A stretch of 64,000 nt of DNA from Styela clava (taxonomy: Eukaryota), in contig NC_135262.1 in assembly GCF_964204865.1 (NCBI RefSeq), forward strand, positions 12,524,001-12,588,000, written 5' to 3'. The notes below the pieces were generated by a model, which made no database searches, was not told the DNA's origin, and was given only the letters and a program-made list of their open reading frames with translations. Numbering within the stretch: position 1 is the first letter of the stretch; each line of letters starts with the position of its first letter. The position numbers and the translations under genes are program-made. This document shows, in pieces, positions 14,901 through 26,000 of this stretch.

Positions 14901-15862
14901 TTGTTTGAATGTGAGTTGTTTTTCCTCGGTGACGCTATCAATCTGAATTTAAGCAAAGATTTTGAGAAACGAAAGATTCAGTCCGCGATACTATTGAACT
15001 TATAACAATGACACTTTTGTAAAACTCCACAAATTAATTTTTGAGTTGCTTATTTATCGACAATTATAACAAATGTTATTATAAATAAATAATATGATAC
15101 CAGAATATTAAGCAAAAATGGGTTGCAACTTGGAGATGAAGTGCTAGCCCCCAGTAGATGAGGGCATTAATATGGCATCATTAATAACACGTTATTGCTG
15201 ACATGCCCACGCCACGAACGCAAAAGCTTTGACACTTTAGAGGAGGGTGTGCGATATTTTGTCGACGGGCCATATAACCAGGTTCGGACAAATAGCTGGG
15301 CTACACAAAATATTTAGTTTTACCATGTACACAATGAATTAAAAAATTCTCACAATGCAAAATCTTATTTATTTAACATTTTGGTGGGACACTTGATATT
15401 TCGACTTCCTGCATAGTTTGTTAACATCAGCTTTGACGAAAGTTGTAGCAATTCTTCACTGACTAATCAAATGTTCTACATCTGCTTTTGAAAAAGGCAA
15501 ATGAAGAGAGTATGGCTATCGCTTAGCCGGGCAAAACGGTGAAATATTTAACGCAACGACAAGACCAAAAAACAATATTTATTTTTACCCATGTGAGCAC
15601 TTTTTAATGCTTGATTGGGAAAATCTGAGTGTTGAAAAAAGCCACTCCAAATAGCTTTTCGAGCCGGGTTGCAAAAACTTGCCTTCATCATAGTATACAA
15701 GTAAAAAAAAATATGAAAAGTATACAAACGTATAGCCTACAAGAATAAAACTCTACTTACCAAAGCAACTTCGCTACCATACTCCTTGATACGCGACAGA
15801 AAAAAATCGCTCAAAGATAATTCCGGTATATCAAAAGCCACATGTTTTGATTTTGTGGGCAT
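8963..15862 (-). CDS. Luciferase/4-coumarate-CoA-ligase-like ANL adenylating enzyme, copy 1; 12 exons, one +1 frameshift at the start of exon 3
   Basis: Exons 15862-15761, 14942-14732, 12703-12590, 12437-12365, 12294-12159, 11789-11624, 10936-10768, 10477-10380, 10195-10124, 9794-9642, 9321-9159, 9087-8963. Motifs [11 protein letters not shown] (A3), PMFHGGG (A4), VYAMTE (A5), [17 protein letters not shown] (A7), GRLKEVIKY (A8), VAPAEIE, PKSKFGKI (A10). Exon 3 is 114 nt against 113 nt in the paralogs. Confidence 0.88.
11346..11480. mobile_element. Short chimeric hAT (Buster/Charlie-like) MITE remnant in an intron
   Basis: It has CAGTGGTTCCCAAAC and ...CCGACTCCTG ends. Positions 11400-11460 are the reverse complement of ~14050-14108. 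No matching TSD. Confidence 0.6.
13860..14199 (+). mobile_element. hAT (Buster/GTF2IRD2/SPIN-like) transposon 3' fragment
   Basis: Encodes MFGSTYLCEQIFLKMNITKNKQRTRISNALLE, the hAT C-terminal dimerisation motif FGSTYxCEQxFS. Ends in the TIR TTTGCCGACCCCTG. Confidence 0.8.
14201..14310 (+). mobile_element. Degenerate fragment of the SINE family found at 19259-19549
   Basis: CCGATAGTCGGTCACGGCTTCTTCC...CCAAAACAAAT...GCCGTGGT aligns by eye with the SINE body. Confidence 0.55.
15241..15470 (-). mobile_element. hAT (SPIN/Buster-like) remnant
   Basis: The minus strand encodes RIATTFVKADVNKLCRKSKYQVSH, resembling the Buster-type transposase C-terminus QxSH. A TIR-like end lies near 15241. Confidence 0.5.
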
Positions 15863-18636
15863 TCTGACTCTATTGTGTAAAATTAAAATACACTTTTTCA
15901 AATCTGAAATTTATTATAGTCCAGTCATGTTAATATAAATATATGCTTGACAAATTCCATTCGTTAGGCATTCCGACCAGTACACAATATTTGCTCTGTT
16001 ACAATATACGTTGCTGCCTGTCGTTGTTTGCATAACTGAACAGGTCAGTGGGGCAGATAAAACGAATATGTAATGTTAATACGGGTTAAAAAAAAAGAGT
16101 TTAAAAGTACTCTGTCTGTGCATCGAAATATTTTAGAATCCGTTCATGTTCAATTCTAAAGGTTCAAATAGGAACAGCCATTTTCTGATGTATTTGGATA
16201 TATATATTAGTCCCTAGTGATTCAGATCTACATAAATGTTGAGTGATTTTTTGAAATAAATTAATATTGTATTTCAAACCCTCTTTGCTAAATTTTGTTT
16301 CTGAACACGACAGTTTCCCTTTACGCGTGCTACACATATACAGCCAAACATGGGCGCATACAGCTATAGGTAAGTATATATTTGGACATGTTGTTGGTTG
16401 TTCGTTCTCGAGAACGGATTCTTCTGACGTTACACGAAGTGCCTCCACTGCGAACTCCAAACCTTAGTCAGATACTTAACGATACAGTTTCTTTATTAGC
16501 AGCTCTCATCTTACACGTAATCAAACAGCGAATAAACACCAATGCATGGAAATGTACTAATCAGGTGTGGAACGGGATAAATTATATTGAAACTTGTTTT
16601 GGTGGCCGGGGGCTATTAAACTTAATATGCTTAAATATATAAATATGTACTTAGTCTACAGTGCGTTACGGGTTTCGAAAGTCTTCCGACTTTTGAATAT
16701 CACGGGTTCGCAATATCGAAATGAAAGGCACTCGCCACGCTTGGTAGAATAAATAGCGTGTTCTCATGACTAAATATGAAACAGTGAACTTTTGGGTGAA
16801 ATGTCGGATCTCGGGTGAAAGGAAATTTTAGGAATATTTAAATACGTGTCGGCTGTTGATTGGTCAAATGACGCGTTGGTCACGTTTTGATTTTAGGACG
16901 TCATTAAAATTTAGGCATTTAAAAATGTTGCAATTAGTAGCATCAGGATGTTTATAGAGTCGGAGTAGAAGTGACTGTTTTATCGCATCTATACATTGAT
17001 ATATTGATGATAGTTTTCTAGCCAAAAAAGCAATCTTTTAAAAATACGAACAAGTCGAACAACAACACAATAATGATAACAAAACGATCCATATGTACAT
17101 TTAAGGTCCAACCTCATTATTTATTTCATCTATGCAGAACATCAGTGTGAAGGCTGTCCGTGTTTATTGCAAATAAGTAAATCAATTCGAGGAGCGTTTT
17201 TAGACAGGCAAACAACACATTGTCTTCTGAGATTTCACACTTAGGCTGCAAAGCTGTGGATGTCACATTGTTGCGTCACAACAACGTAAGACCAGAGAAA
17301 TTCTACGTTGAGTTTCAAACGGCACGCATTTTCCCCTGGTAGTAAAGGATATTAAAAATAGCAACACATGAAAACTCAACTACCATCCAAGTACTCCTGG
17401 TCACCCTAAATGTTCACTTCAGGTTGAGAACCTCTAGTCTAAATGACCTGTTTTGATCTCGTTTTCTATCATTAATTCAATATACATCTACTATTGAGCT
17501 AAGTTTCAGTAAAATTTTACCAAATAACCAAATGATTCCTAAACGGCCAACTCAGGTACATATACAGCCAATGTCATTCGTACGTATATAAGCATTCAAG
17601 TGAGATACATAATAAGCTAATCCATTCTGCATGTACTCTATTCTACATAACAAATGCCGTTGCATCTATCTTAACTAATATGGCCATTTTTGCCTTCAAA
17701 ATTTTGTTATATACATTATAAATGGGAGATGGACAATTTATTTCAAAATCAAACATAGCAGTATAAAAATTTTGGCATCATATTATCACAAAATCCTGGT
17801 TACACCAATGTATGCAATGTTTCTTATAAGATATGTTGATGAAAAGAACATATTATCGTATATCAGTATCGGTAAAATCGACAATCTGAATGTCTTCAGA
17901 TTTACCCCTAATTCCGAATACGCCACAGATAATTTAGAATCGTATCCACGAACATTTGAGCAAGCGTGCCCAATACTATTTCTACCTTCCTACAACACCA
18001 ACGATACGGTCTCAATGCACCCAAAAACTTCACTTTTCAGCATTAACACATAATTGGATACATAAATGTAAAATGCAGCCAGTCATATCTGAATGCTTCC
18101 CCGACGTTAAGTTCCTTCAACTTTGTTAGCATGCTTCCACCGAATTCGAATCACAAACAATTGCATGTGTTTGAGTTGAGTGGATTAGGGTCGTCGTAAT
18201 AGATAGTTGTAAAGGGTGTAATTAGGTATGTAGGTTAGCAGGTAGGTTGAGAGTAGTGTGAACGAGTTGTATAGGTTGGGAAACGGATTGGAAGCTTAAT
18301 TTTGAGCTTGAAATTGAATACAGAACCTATGCCCTATAAAGATTGTTGATTGTAAGGTATTGAAAATCGTCACGGTGCGTTTAGTGGCAAAAACAAACGG
18401 GATTATCGAATGATGAATCACTAAAACTCTCTTTTGAACGAAAATGACAAGATGGACAATCAACAAGTTCAAAGCGAAATGAGCTCGGGCCGCGTTGAAT
18501 ACGATAAATCTACGAAAAATTCACATACCACTGGAAATAAATTGAGACAAAAGCATCGTCACGCCACGTACCTGGAGTGCATGTGGTCTCGGCTCATTCA
18601 CCCGTAGCCCTGAGACGAAGCTCGATAACTCTATAC

Positions 18637-19969
18637 CAGGGGTCACCAACGCGTTGCCCGCGGGCACCAAGTCGCCCGCGAAGACCATATGAATCGCCCG
18701 CAGGTCTGTTCCAAACTAAGCTTAATAACGGCTCTTATAAGTAAGCTACATCAATTAAATTTTGTCCTGCTATTTTAGTATAAATCACACTTATATGGAA
18801 CTGAGAATAACACTATATTGATTATTGTAACCATCAACTTTATTTTTATTTGACCCCAGTAATGTGACGGGTCAATTACCACTCTTCCAATTATGACATC
18901 ACACTGAGATCACTTTCCACGAACCTGCGCTTTTTCTTGTCCGTTGGTTAGCGTAGCAGTAATAATACAATTATTGATTCCAAAGAAAAATCCATCATTT
19001 TCACGATGAATGGTAGGTGGATATATTTATACCACCATAAAAACAGCCTGCGTGTGTCTCATTAGTGGGGCGATTTTAGCGACGGCAAAGCGGAGAGATA
19101 TTTCACATCTTGTCACGTAATCTTCCGCTCTAACTACCCACTGGTCAGCACAGTACGGACAGAAAAAGCTCGCGATTCAAATCATACAGCAATCCTATTT
19201 TACGAGACCATCGTTTGTTTCAACCTATCCTTTCGAATCAACATTTTTGACAAACTCAGGATAGGAGGAGATTTACATATTTATCCCGGATGAGAAGATA
19301 GCCGATAGGACGGCTTAACCATATGACAAACCACGGCTTTTCGCCGGTTACCATTCGATGTCGGGTATGGAATTATTTGTTTCCGGAAGCCTGGACTTGA
19401 TGGCGAAGGAAGCCTTAACCGACCAGCGGTTACCTGAACCACCCAACGGCGGCGAGGAGTCCAGCAATCCTTTCGCACATAACTATCCCCGCATGGGATT
19501 CTAACCTGCGAACCTAACGCTTAACACGATGGGCCATAGCGCCGCGACTCACTCCACCAGGAACAAACATGGAACACGCCTCACTGATGAAAATCTGCAA
19601 GACTCGGTCAGAGTTACAGTGTCAAGTTACACGTCGGAGTATAATACTATGCAACATTTGATAGTACAACTGTTAAGTCCATTTTATCTTCGACTTGTGC
19701 AGAGTGTTTGTAAATAATTCAAGTACATTGTTGTTTCCTATGAAAATCAATTCAACACTCAGTTTTGAAATACAAGTGTTATTGATGGAAATTTATTTAC
19801 AACGTTGTGATAATCGTTTGATTTCTTGAAGAATCCTAAAGTTTATTAATAATAATTGAAGCTTAATCGAGCAACTGATTTTTTTAGAAGTGTACGTTGA
19901 ACTGGTAGCCCGCAGCTTAATCTGTACCCTAAAAGTAGCCCTCGGCTTCGAAAAGGTTGGTGACCCCTG
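18637..19969 (+). mobile_element. Internally deleted hAT (Buster family) element carrying a SINE
   Basis: TIRs CAGGGGTCACCAAC / GTTGGTGACCCCTG and a perfect 8-bp TSD CTCTATAC (18629-18636, 19970-19977). Transposase relics FHDEW..CVCLI (~19000-19060) and NKHGTRLTDENLQDSVRV (~19560-19620). Confidence 0.92.
19259..19549 (-). mobile_element. tRNA-derived SINE
   Basis: On the minus strand there is an A-box-like TGGCCCATCGTG and a B-box-like GGTTAGAATCC, a GC-rich body, and a 3' TAAATATGTAAATC..TATCC tail. A second degenerate copy lies at ~14201. Confidence 0.7.
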
Positions 19970-21079
19970 CTCTATACCGTCCCCTCGGTCCCACATCCAA
20001 CGTTCATATCCGGTTCTGTTAAATACAAATCCTAGATCTGTTTCAAATGAGCTTCATACTCTGCTGCCACTACCATTCTATGTTTTACTTTACACGCTAA
20101 TATCTTACTAACCTCCTCATCCAGCCACTGGCTTCTGCATCGACGTATCTGAGTATAGCTAAACGGGGTAGTGAGCGTGATAAGCGGATTCCGGTTCGTG
20201 GATAGGTTTTGTAGTTGATAAAACAGAGTTGAGGTTATATTGGCGATTGGTAGAAAGGTAAGTCTGTTGAAAAACAAACAATATTTGATTTTGCATGACT
20301 TTTTGTTCTAAAACAGTTTATATATCTTATCGTATAGTTAGATTTTTTGTATAATTCATTGTATGTAGATCATCGACTTGTGGTTTGAATTTATTAAACT
20401 TTCGATAACGTTTCAGTAGAATTTTAAGATAGCGTTTCAGATTGAATCTGGACGAAGTTTATGTTTGCACTGCAACGGCTGTCATATTTTTTGATGATTT
20501 GTCATTCTTCATATTTGTCCGAATGTATAGTCAAAGGTATTTGTTTATAAGACATTGGTTCCAAAGCAAATTACTCTAAACATACCACGGCGCGACCTTA
20601 TAGAAAAAAGGTTTGATTTCGGGGATGGCATTCGACACTGAGAATTTCCACATGGTGCACTAGAAATTTGATGATTCATATGCACAAGCAATGAACTGCA
20701 AGACAGGCAGTCAAGCAGAGTGTCTCTAAACAGGTTCAATATGTCAATATATTTGGAATCAGTAATGCTATATTTCCCGGGTGTTATAAAACAAACGGGT
20801 ATTATATATTATGTAAATAAACCTACAACCTGCAGATATTTGTTTTTTCAAACATATATAAACTTGTCTGTAATTATACATGAGTTTTCTGCAAAATGTT
20901 TGGAGCACTTCAAACAAATCAGTGGTGCTCTGCCACAAGGAATTAAACTCTTTATTGTTGAGCTAGCTACGGTATTTAGTTAAAACCCTATATTTCCCAC
21001 CAATTTGAGCCCATTTTAACACCCTTAATTAAAATAGTCATTTCTCTTTGTTCAAACACGCTAGAAACATCACTTAGGT

Positions 21080-21701
21080 CAGTGCTTTTCAACAGGGGTT
21101 CCGCGGACCCTAGGGTTCAATAGTACATGCAGTGGGGTTCTGTGAGTTTATATGGTTCCTTAGGGGTTCCGCGTTTTTTTTTTTTTTTTTCAGGGGAAAT
21201 CATTTCTTGCTTCCAGCATGTTGATGCGTCATTATAAATATTCTTAGACCACCGCGTCGCATTCAAACTCCAAGTAGGCCAGTTCGTTAAACATGAGGTT
21301 TAGTCCCAGTGCAGTTAATAGACAAAACAGAAATATTCTCGGTTTTTGCGTCACTTTAGTCATTGTTATGGAACTAACAAGAACGCTATTGTTGCACCAT
21401 AGTTACATGATGTTCAAAATATGTAGATATTGCTCGAGACTAGAGAGAATATATACTAGAAACTAGAGCTGTTGTTCAGCTTTTGTTGGAATATATTATA
21501 AATAGTGTGAAACCCAACTTTCTAAAATTTAGTCAATACAGATGAAGCAAAATAGTATATTTTCTTATGTGAGGCGAAATAATAACAACGGTGACCTGCT
21601 CCTCCTCCGAAGCGAACCAAATGTAATTCAATTGCCAAAGTTAGAATTTTTTTTTTTAATTGGGGTTCCATAAAAAACGAAAAATTATATCAGGAGCACT
21701 G
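21080..21701. mobile_element. hAT MITE (Buster-like), shared by both duplicate copies
   Basis: CAGTGCT...AGCACTG ends with 8-bp TSD ACTTAGGT (21072-21079, 21702-21709). The counterpart is at 46037-46855. Confidence 0.9.
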
Positions 21702-23061
21702 ACTTAGGTATCTCTAAAAAGATTGTTTTGTACGTATTCTGGCAACCGTTGCTTAAAATACGTAACCGGTCCCTCTAATATACATACGAACATACATGAA
21801 ACTTTACAAAATTTGTACACATAAAAATCACACTGTTGTAAAAAAATAGATAAATATATACAAAGGTAACACGAAGTTTTTATCTCCAATATTCCACTTT
21901 CTTGCGGTAATCTTCAATTCAATTTTTGCGAGTTACTGATACACGTCACTTTCAACGCAAATGATCGTGCTTCGCGAAACCTTCGTACATTTTTGTTGAA
22001 AGAACGTCGGCCGCCGATTCTATATCTGAAATATGGAAAACAACATGTAAAACATGTGCATTCGCATATGTTATGAATACTTTCAAAACCAGTAGAGTTT
22101 CAAAACCGAATCTTGCTTTGTCGGTTCCTCATCTCATAATGACACATCGTTGTCATCGTAATTTTACCCCTCCACGTCAGACCGAAATACGGCTCAAAGC
22201 TTCATCGGCATCGAACTCAACTCGTAATCGCCATTTTTCCATATTTGGTTTTGTTTCAGTGAAAAGTTATGCGGACACTAAAACGCACTTGGTATAATCG
22301 GATATGCTTGTTTGACCTTTCTTTTCTCGTCGAATGTTTCCCACAGCGCGAATGATATAGCCCTGACATGACATTGTTATACGCAGCGAGAGAAATATAA
22401 GCGCAAATATACGCATGATATGTCATCTACATCGACAAGGAAAACAAACACAAAAAAAGCAATGACAAACTCGTCGCCGGACTCTAACTTGCAACAAGGA
22501 TGGGCCAAGAATGAACCAAGGATAAACACACACTACAACGCTGTTGTAGGTCGGACGACTCTGAAATACTTTTAACATTCCAAAAAACAATAAGTTAGCA
22601 ACCTATAGCTAGATTATGGCTTGGAATAACGTGCTCATCTATAATTCACTTTCTGGAACAAAAAAGAACTGTTTAGCGCTGTTTTGATGAATGATGATTC
22701 CCGGTATACAAATTGGATATCTAAAACATTTAAAACAGGTTTTGTACCATACCGTAAATAACATCTACCGAAACATGTTTGAATACACATCCCTTCAGGC
22801 AGAATACTGTTCCAGTCGTTTTTGAGTAAACAGTAAAGAAATAGCAAACACATGTAAGTTCGGAGCCTAACTTGACTTGATAAGATTGTTTACTAATCTG
22901 GTGGATTAACCTACAATATTCGTAGCAAGCAAGTAATGAGTATGTTACATCAAAAAAAAAAAAACAGTGGGCTGTATAAACATATCTTGAACTGACAAGG
23001 TTTAAAAATTCCATTTGCTAACTATTGGCATTTGGATATAGTGATAAGCATCACAAGCAAA

Positions 23062-26000
23062 ATGCCTTTGAGATCGAAGCATGGAAATTTTGATATTCCA
23101 GAAATATCGTTGAGCGACTTTTTTCTCGAGCGTATAAAAGAATATGGTGACGATATTGCTCTGGTAAGTACCATAATTGTATTTGCTTGTATATTTCTAA
23201 ACTTGTGCCGCATGCGGATTGTATATATATTATAATTTTTATATAATGTTGATCAAACCCCACAATTATGCAGAATTGAGGTGTCATCTCTACACCCTGA
23301 ACAATGAAATTGATTTATTACCCAAATACATAGTATATCTAATATATATATATGTAAATTTCACAATAGGTCAGTTGAGGCACAAAAGTCGCTTACTTTC
23401 TACATGATTCTGATCAATCGATTCTCGGAATCTGCACAAAAAAATCATCTGTTCTGAGACAGTTGTAACTTCATTTTTAGTTGCTTCACAAAAAAAAAAT
23501 TAACGTAGCAATGAAAGGCAAAAACCGCTTGTTTTGTGTAATTGTTTAGACACATTTTTTTAATATTTCCTTTTTAATTCAGATTGACAACACCAACGAA
23601 GAAAAACAGCTTACTTTTAGACAAGTTTACGAACAAATACAATCCTGTGGGAGATTTTTTCAAAAGCAAATGATAGGCAAGGGAGATGTTGTGTGTCTGA
23701 TCACTCAGAATTGTGTAGAATATATAGTGGCAACGGTTGGTGTGGTATCTTGTGGGGCGACCATATCACTTTGTAATCCGTCGTACAAAGAAGGTAACTC
23801 TTTTTCGTTGAATATTTATTAGCTTCAACATTATGATAGATATGACTGATGAGGGATTGTTTCAGTCAACTATTTGTTCTCATTGACTTGTGGGGTATTG
23901 TATGCTACGAGTGCTACTCCTGAATGAGGAGGCTTCGTTGGTCTGTATGCCCGGAAAACAAATTGGAACAATTACTTCACCAATGGTTAATTCTTTTGCT
24001 TGAATTGTATTACTTCAATGGTCAGGTTGAGAATTTGATTATGAGAATGCTATTCGCACAGTTCGCTCTGAACAAGGCTATGCGGAAACATTCACTGATA
24101 TTGAATAATAAGTAAGGAAATACAATTCTATTAGAAGGACCGGAATATTTCGGGTTCGGGATTGCCGCCTGATTTATTATAACTCGGGTGAGGTGGTGGA
24201 ATGAAGCTATATGACCGAAAAATATTCAAATTCGAAGTTGGGAGCCGAATTGAAGATATCTGTCAATCGTATACAGTGTAGACGTTCTGATGGACAGAAG
24301 GATGTTACCTGCGCGAGACCATGAAGCGCAATAAAGTTCCGTTTGTGTGCTTTGGATTTAGACCGATATTTGAACAAACGAACACAATGGTTTTGTTCAA
24401 AGTAGAATCATTTCATTGATATGAGTTCTTTCACGAGTTAATTTTGAACAATTTTTTTTGTTTTGCAGGAGAAATACAGCATATCTTCAAAATCACCGAA
24501 CCAAAAATAGTTATCGCATCTGAAAAAAGCATCGATACTATAAAGCAAGTACTCAATAATAACCCAGAGAATCAAGTTCAGGTATCCTGATTTTTAAATT
24601 ATAGATATTATTAATAATAAAATACAAGATCTTTTATATTGTCCATGTATTTATTCTATTTTAAATGTGTTAAGAGGCAAATTCATTGACTTAGAATATC
24701 GATCGCGGTTGTTTGAGCGTACTGTGTAAACACAATTTTCACTTTTAGAAAATCATAGTCATTGGAAAAAGTAATGAATTCGAAACTTGGGATGACATTA
24801 TAATCTCAAATAAAAATAACAGAGGTAAGAAATTATTTCTAATTGTAAAAAATATTGATTTCAAATTTTTCTTGATTCAATAATTTTTCTAGAAAACATT
24901 GTTCCGACTTGCAAAATATCACCAAAGAAAGATTTAGCGTTCCTACCATATTCAAGTGGAACTACAGGAATGCCGAAATGTGTTATGCACACTCATTATG
25001 GTACGATTGCGATGATATTAGCCAGTTGGTAAGAAGAACTTTTCTGATATCGTATCGTTATTCTGCTTAAACCAAAGCACGGAAAATCACTTTATAACAA
25101 TTAAATTCATTACGTTTGGAAATTTCAATACAATATTTATTAATATACATAAACTATCTCATACAATATATTTGAAATGTGTACTTGTAAGTCATTTTTC
25201 AATAAACCTTCGCACAAAATGTTGATGCCAAAGTATTGCTTAGTCGCTTCATTTCGCAAAACTAGATATAAGTATGGATAATTGCATCTTTAACTCAGAC
25301 AAGTTTTAGTATTTTGTATATAAAAATTTATATGAATAGAAAACGTATTCCTAACTTATGAGCATATAAGATATTTTTAGTTGAGTGATATGTCATTTAC
25401 TTCATTTTTGGTGTTACAAAAACTATTTCAAAACTTGATATGGATTATGGCAGCGTGGTATGTATCTTTCGCGACGCACGATTGTAAGTCGATGTGATAT
25501 GTCTAAACATTTTGAATTCTTTTGAGGCACCATTTAAACTATCAACGCGGAGATGTGTTCTACAACGAACGGCCTTTGTATCACGGAGGTGGTTATTTTT
25601 TCTTACTTGTTGCACTGCAAGGCGGGTTATGTGTTATCATGGATCAAAAGTTTGACGTTGAAGGTACACTGGCTGCGATACAAAAATACAAGGTAAAAAT
25701 ATCTTTTACCATATACCATTCGTTTGCTATATTATTTACTCTGGTGATAGTAATATGATATTGTAGCGATTTCAAAATCAGACTTCAATGTGCCAGTACA
25801 TGACCACATATTTGAACGTCGGAAAACATTTGAAAAATTTGGTTTTCATTTGATGGGTATTTGATGCGGATGTATACGTGCATGTTTTCCAACTAAGATC
25901 TTTTTACAGTATATTTGGTTTTCATTGAACGCTTCGTCGGACACCAAGGCTTCCAAGGTTACATTATGTTGGAGGAAGAATAATTCTCGCTGCAATTTAT

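Noticed and set aside
22073-22297. 74-aa ORF conserved in both duplicates (also 47224-47448)
   Set aside because: Conservation is explained by the duplication itself, and there are no motifs or splice support.
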